A stretch of 64,000 nucleotides of DNA. Origin: Amphiscolops sp. MND2022. Taxonomy: Eukaryota. The position numbers were made by a program, and so were the translations under genes. The notes beneath the pieces are model-generated. The model did no database searches, was not told the origin of the DNA, and was given only the letters and a program-made list of their open reading frames with translations. Location of the stretch: positions 95,668,001 through 95,732,000 of the forward strand of contig OZ076409.1 in NCBI GenBank assembly GCA_964187785.1, written 5' to 3'. Shown in pieces: positions 59,318 through 64,000 of this stretch (position 1 is the stretch's first letter; each line of letters starts with the position of its first letter).

Positions 59318-61194
59318 GGTGTCAGGACATTTGGTCCTATGCAATTTCAACCTATGCAATTTCAACCGCTGCCAATTCAACCGTTCACAATTTCAACGGC
59401 TTGCAATTTCATCCGTTCACACTTTCAACCTTTTGCAATTTCAACCTACGGCAATTTCAACCTATCACACTTTCACCTAATTGCTCTCAAACCGTGCTAA
59501 TGATGAAAGTCTTTATGGTAGCTAGTAAAGCTATAAAAAAAGTCCAGCAACTAACAATAATCTTTCACACTATGAAATGTGATAATTACTTGCAACGTTT
59601 TAATAGTATGAATAGCGAAGTCAACTGAATTGTAACTAGTCCACACAACAAGTCCAATAATTTTGAATTTCAAAGCTCAAAATGTTAATTCAAATCATAA
59701 AATCAAATAGAGGGGGCATTATTGCAGTACACAACGGTTACGGTTACAATCAAAAACAAGTCACTTCAAGTTGCATTCATTGGAGATGAACAAAATACTA
59801 TTCAATTAAGTGCCCTGCCGTTTTGAAGACAAACCAGAACGTGGTCATTAGTTTGAAAGACAGTCACACTCATGAAAGCGACCCTTCCGAGTGTAGAGCG
59901 AAAGAAGTTGTTAACCAAATTAAACAGAAGTCTGAGTCATTGACACCAACGGTGGCCATAGCAAGTGAAATTTCGGTAATCTCCGACGATTATGCAATCC
60001 AGCTTTCATTGCCGAAAAAAGAAAATTTAATCAGAACAGCTTGCAGCAAGCGACAAAGAGAGAATAGAATTGACGCCCCAACCCCGATTGATCGCCATTT
60101 TGACATTCCCGAAGAATTCAAAACCTTTCTTTTGAAAGACAGCGGAAAAGATGACAGCGAACGAATTTTGATGTTTGGCGATACAACAATGAAAAATTTG
60201 CTTAATTTTTTGAAAACATGGCTGATTGATGGAACTTTCAAATTATCACCGGACAATTTTTACCAAATATACACAATCCACATTGAGTTAAAATGTTTTG
60301 CACCCCCGTTGTGTTAAAAACAGATGCAAGTCATACAAAGTGGCTACACTTTCGAGAACGTCTTGCCTCATATGCGAGCAGTCGCCAACTTTAGATGAAA
60401 ACAATGAACTTATTTGCTGCAGTGATTTGTTACTTTTTTGATATGATACTTTTTTGTGAGTGTGTATTTGAAATTCGCGTTTTGCTCAATTCAATTCCTT
60501 CAATAGGAATAATTTTTAATCAGTTACAATTAACTGGCACCCGGTTGCGTCCTCCCTCGGGTACCCAAGCTTGGCGCACTACTCTTCATAACTGCTCTTT
60601 GATGTAGCCACATTAGAACCATGCCCGTGAAACCACAACAAGAGCGTGACAGAGGAATCAGACCAACCTTTTAAAGGAGTAGCACTTGTCTAAGTTGTTA
60701 ATTGTAACCGAAAGTTTTTAAAAATCAGGAATTTTAATAGCGTTTAACCAAAAACTTTCTTATCACGATTTTTTAGTCATTTCACTTTCACACTTTGAAA
60801 CAGACGTCATCGGTGATAAGTTTGTGATCGCGAATAGCATGTTGTTGAATGCTTTTTCAAATTGTGTCATACGATTACATCATTCTGTCCTTTTCGTACA
60901 TTGCAAATTTTAGTGCAACGAAAGTTTTCAATGCGTTCAATATTATGCGTCTTGACAGTTTTTTGCTTTTATTTTGCCGCGCTTCGATTATGTTCAATTA
61001 GTTTTAGGACGTTCGCAAAGAACGCAACGACCTTGAACTAATTAAAATAGGTTGAAATGGCGAGCAGTTGAAATTGCAAGCGGTTGAAATTGCATGCGGT
61101 TGAAATTGCAAGCGGTTGAAAGTGTAATATGTTGAAATGACAGCGGTTGAAATTGCATAGGTTGAAATTGCATAGGACGAAATGACATGTAACC
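59318..61194 (+). mobile_element. Defective Mutator (FLYWCH-MULE) transposon in a calpain intron
   Basis: Perfect 9-bp TSD CTCCTGTAC (59309-17, 61195-203) and TIRs with GCAATTTCAACC subrepeats. Confidence 0.9.
59681..60317 (+). pseudogene. Truncated FLYWCH-MULE transposase
   Basis: GYGY...IHWR*TKYYSIKCPAVLKT...HTH (FLYWCH with a stop at the Cys position), then WLIDGTFKLSP..FYQIYTIH; the ORF ends early. Confidence 0.85.
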
Positions 61195-61458
61195 CTCCTG
61201 TACAAGTGAGTTCATCCATTCAAGTAGTTAATATTGCACAATCAATTGTTCCACTTGATAACTTCATCGAAACCTTTATCAAAACAAAGACCATCCAAAC
61301 ATTATGAGTTAGTTGCATTCAAACTTGCATTCAAACGAAGATTTGAGCTGCTAGACGTTTGATAAAATATTTGTTTCCGAGCTTTTGAGAGAAACTTGAT
61401 GAGTCTCTTTCAAAGGCATTTTTTTCAATCGCTAAGTCTCCACTGCCATAGGACCTGT

Positions 61459-61995
61459 TTTTTAGTCGGACCTTCATGAAGTGAAAAGCGACTATACTAG
61501 TGACTATTTTTCAATCAAAACGAATTGACCAAAGCAGTTCTTAAAAGTTCTACGTAACTTTATGGTGTCAAATGGAACCATTTGGCCCAAGGAATATATT
61601 TGGGTTGTTCCTTTTTTCACCGCAACATACAAATCCGGGCGAGACTAAAGTGTCACCCTTTCAACTTTTTCGGCATTGTGAGATGTTTTTTCCACCAAAG
61701 AGACCCCTTCAGTCTTTTTGATGTTTTGCGACAGAATGGATGTTGAAAAATCCCAAACGGTCCCCTTTCAGTTTTTTTGGCATTGAGACTTTTTTCGGAA
61801 AAATTTAAATGTCCTCAAAGGGTCCCCCTTCAATTGTTCTGTTTTGCGACCAAAATTCGGAAGATACCGGCGCGCCAATTCGTTTCAAATATTGGGTTTT
61901 TTGGGTAATGTAAAAACGAATACTCGACACTTTGAAGTCCTTTTGCTATTTTGAGCCTTAGATATGCCGGCGACTTATGCTGTTCCCGGCTTGTT
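61459..61995 (+). mobile_element. HINE family A copy (degenerate)
   Basis: Family A termini and internal units. Confidence 0.68.
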
Positions 61996-62460
61996 TCAAA
62001 CTACCAAGTGAAAACAGGATCCGTGATTTCTAGAAATTTAGCTGTAAAACGAAATGGCCCATTTTCTCATTATATTAACTCCAAAATTATTCCGGTTATT
62101 ATTCAGCAAAATCGCCCCAATAATCTAAAGAAAGGAGAGTTTACGTTTGGAACAATTGAAAAAAGTTTCATCAAAGTCTATGCATACGCCTATTACTTTC
62201 AAACTTCAATATGCTATTTTTTCGATTGTGTCTTTTTGAGATCCAATGTGGGCTGTTTATCGGTTTTCAATCAAATAATTTTTCTGGGAAAACGACAATG
62301 AAAAACTTGCTTTCGAGCACTAATATTTAAAATTTTAGCCCTATCGAAAAAAAAATGAGACTTTTATTTCAATCACGAAAGTCAAACGAGCATTTTGAGC
62401 TACTGGCTGTCTTTCACAGAGAACGAGCTAACCCATCCGTTTGAAAAAAATGTGCTCTTT

Positions 62461-62627
62461 CTCGTTTAAAAAAAAAGAATTATTTCCGGGATTGTTTCCA
62501 AAGAAGTCACATGATTACAGGGTTACTCACAAATGGCAGAGGTATACCTCTGCCATTTGTGAGTAACCCTGTAATCATGTGACTTCTTTGGAAACATTCC
62601 CGGAAATAATTCTTTTTTTTAAACGAG
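62461..62627. repeat. Near-perfect palindrome (no loop), centre GGTATACC
   Basis: Arms are reverse complements around 62544/62545. Confidence 0.92.
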
Positions 62628-62639
62628 GTACCTTTTTTA

Positions 62640-62845
62640 AAAAATACCTGCTAAGACAAAAGCATGAGAAAGCAACCGTTACTGAAATGATACCCTTAAT
62701 ACAGTTACTACGCCAATTCAAGAGTTATTGCCAGTTCTTTTATAAAAGACCTGGCAATAACTCTTGAATTTGCGTAGTAACTGTATTAAGGGTATCATTT
62801 CAGTAACGGTTGCTTTCTCATGCTTTTGGTCTTAGCAGGTATTTT
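62640..62845. repeat. Near-perfect palindrome, centre CTTTTATAAAAG
   Basis: Arms are reverse complements around 62742/62743. Confidence 0.92.
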
Positions 62846-62850
62846 ATCTA

Positions 62851-63612
62851 CAGTAGCGTTCTAAAATATCGAAACACCATTGCTTAAAATTACTATTTTC
62901 AAATCCAAATATCTTTGAAACTGTCACAAATACAAAACATTGTCAACGAAAGTTTCTTAGAATTTTATCTAGTTTACAAAAGTGTTTATTTGAAGTTTCT
63001 GTGATAAAAATTACAAAAGTTAGAAATTGGAAATTTTGACTAAAATTCATCAAATTTCCACTTTTCCTTGATTTTCACAAAGTTGAATAAATTATTATGA
63101 AAAATTTTCAGCCAATCATTTGCCCCCAAATCTCCCGAGAATGCTGACATGATTTGATTGAAAAACTTTTTCGGTTTCAAATAAAAATCATCAATTTTCT
63201 AAATGCAATTCTTATAGCCTATCTTAATACATGTACTTCAGTGCTCATAGACAGAAAGAAAATACAGTGAATTTTTTCTTCTGATTCGAAACAAATTCTC
63301 GATCAAAAACAATTCAGTATGTTCGGGAGATTATAGAGAGTCTCCGATTGAAAAAAATCCAAAAACTTTAACTCTAAGCCACTCAATTTTCGAAAAAACT
63401 CAAATTTCATTTAAAATTTTCTAAAATTTGCATTTTCTAACCTTTTCAGTATGGGTCGTAGAAATTTCAAACAAACATTTTTGTAAACTAGATAAAATTC
63501 TAAGAAACTTTTGTAGCTGGCAAGTTTTTGTATTCGTGACAGTTTGCGAGATATTTGGTTTTGAATTTTGCCATTTTAAGCAATGAGGTTGCGATATTTT
63601 AGAACGCTACTG
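62851..63612. mobile_element. Tc1/mariner-type MITE with long TIRs
   Basis: TA|CAGTAGCGTTCTAAAATATCG ... CGATATTTTAGAACGCTACTG|TA; inverted similarity extends well over 100 bp. Confidence 0.85.
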
Positions 63613-64000
63613 TAATATGTGTAACATGATGCAATGTTGACTAATATTTAAAAGTAGTAGATTACAACTCTACCAAACAGATGTTGTTGTACCACTCAAA
63701 GCTGAACTTGAAAAAACTGAAAGGAATTTTAAAAACAGAAGTTCAAATTATTCGCACAGTTTTTCTCCGTTCATTTGAACAAAATTGAATTGAATTTGAT
63801 AAATTTTTATGTGAAATGAAACAATATCAAATCCTTTTAGTTAAACAAGACTGAATTAAATATACCGAGAAATAGTCAACCTCATGGACCGTATGCTGAA
63901 ATTTTTACAATACAAGCAAAGATTGCTCGACTCCTATATGCCTGGAACTGATTCCGTTCAGTTCGTCTCAATAAGTGGATTTAATAGAACAACTCCCCAT

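Overview
AT-rich, intron-rich animal genomic DNA with three layers. (1) Bases 1-11126 are the right-hand ~11 kb of an endogenous Polinton/Maverick (adintovirus-like) DNA virus. It encodes a packaging ATPase, retroviral-type integrase, minor and major jelly-roll capsid proteins, a core protein and an adenain-type protease, plus accessory ORFs: an EGFR-ligand-like membrane EGF protein, a DnaQ/Maelstrom-like nuclease, PC4-like proteins and a possible PLA2. It ends in a ...TATACTACT terminus at 11126. The pPolB gene and left end are not in the window. The integrase looks inactivated by a catalytic D->A change and a probable 2-nt deletion at its start. (2) Host genes, both on +: nine phase-consistent coding exons of an Rbfox/Fox-1 splicing regulator (12510-37372, ending [10 protein letters not shown]), and the first four exons of a calpain (52792-58866, continuing beyond what I could trace). 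The Rbfox RNP2 exon is missing, so the Polinton probably sits inside an Rbfox intron. (3) Dense non-autonomous DNA transposons: three Helentron/DINE-like (HINE) families, hAT, Mutator, piggyBac and Tc1/pogo MITEs, a defective FLYWCH-MULE element, an LTR/gag remnant and several near-perfect foldback hairpins. All calls come from reading motifs by eye; no database search was run.
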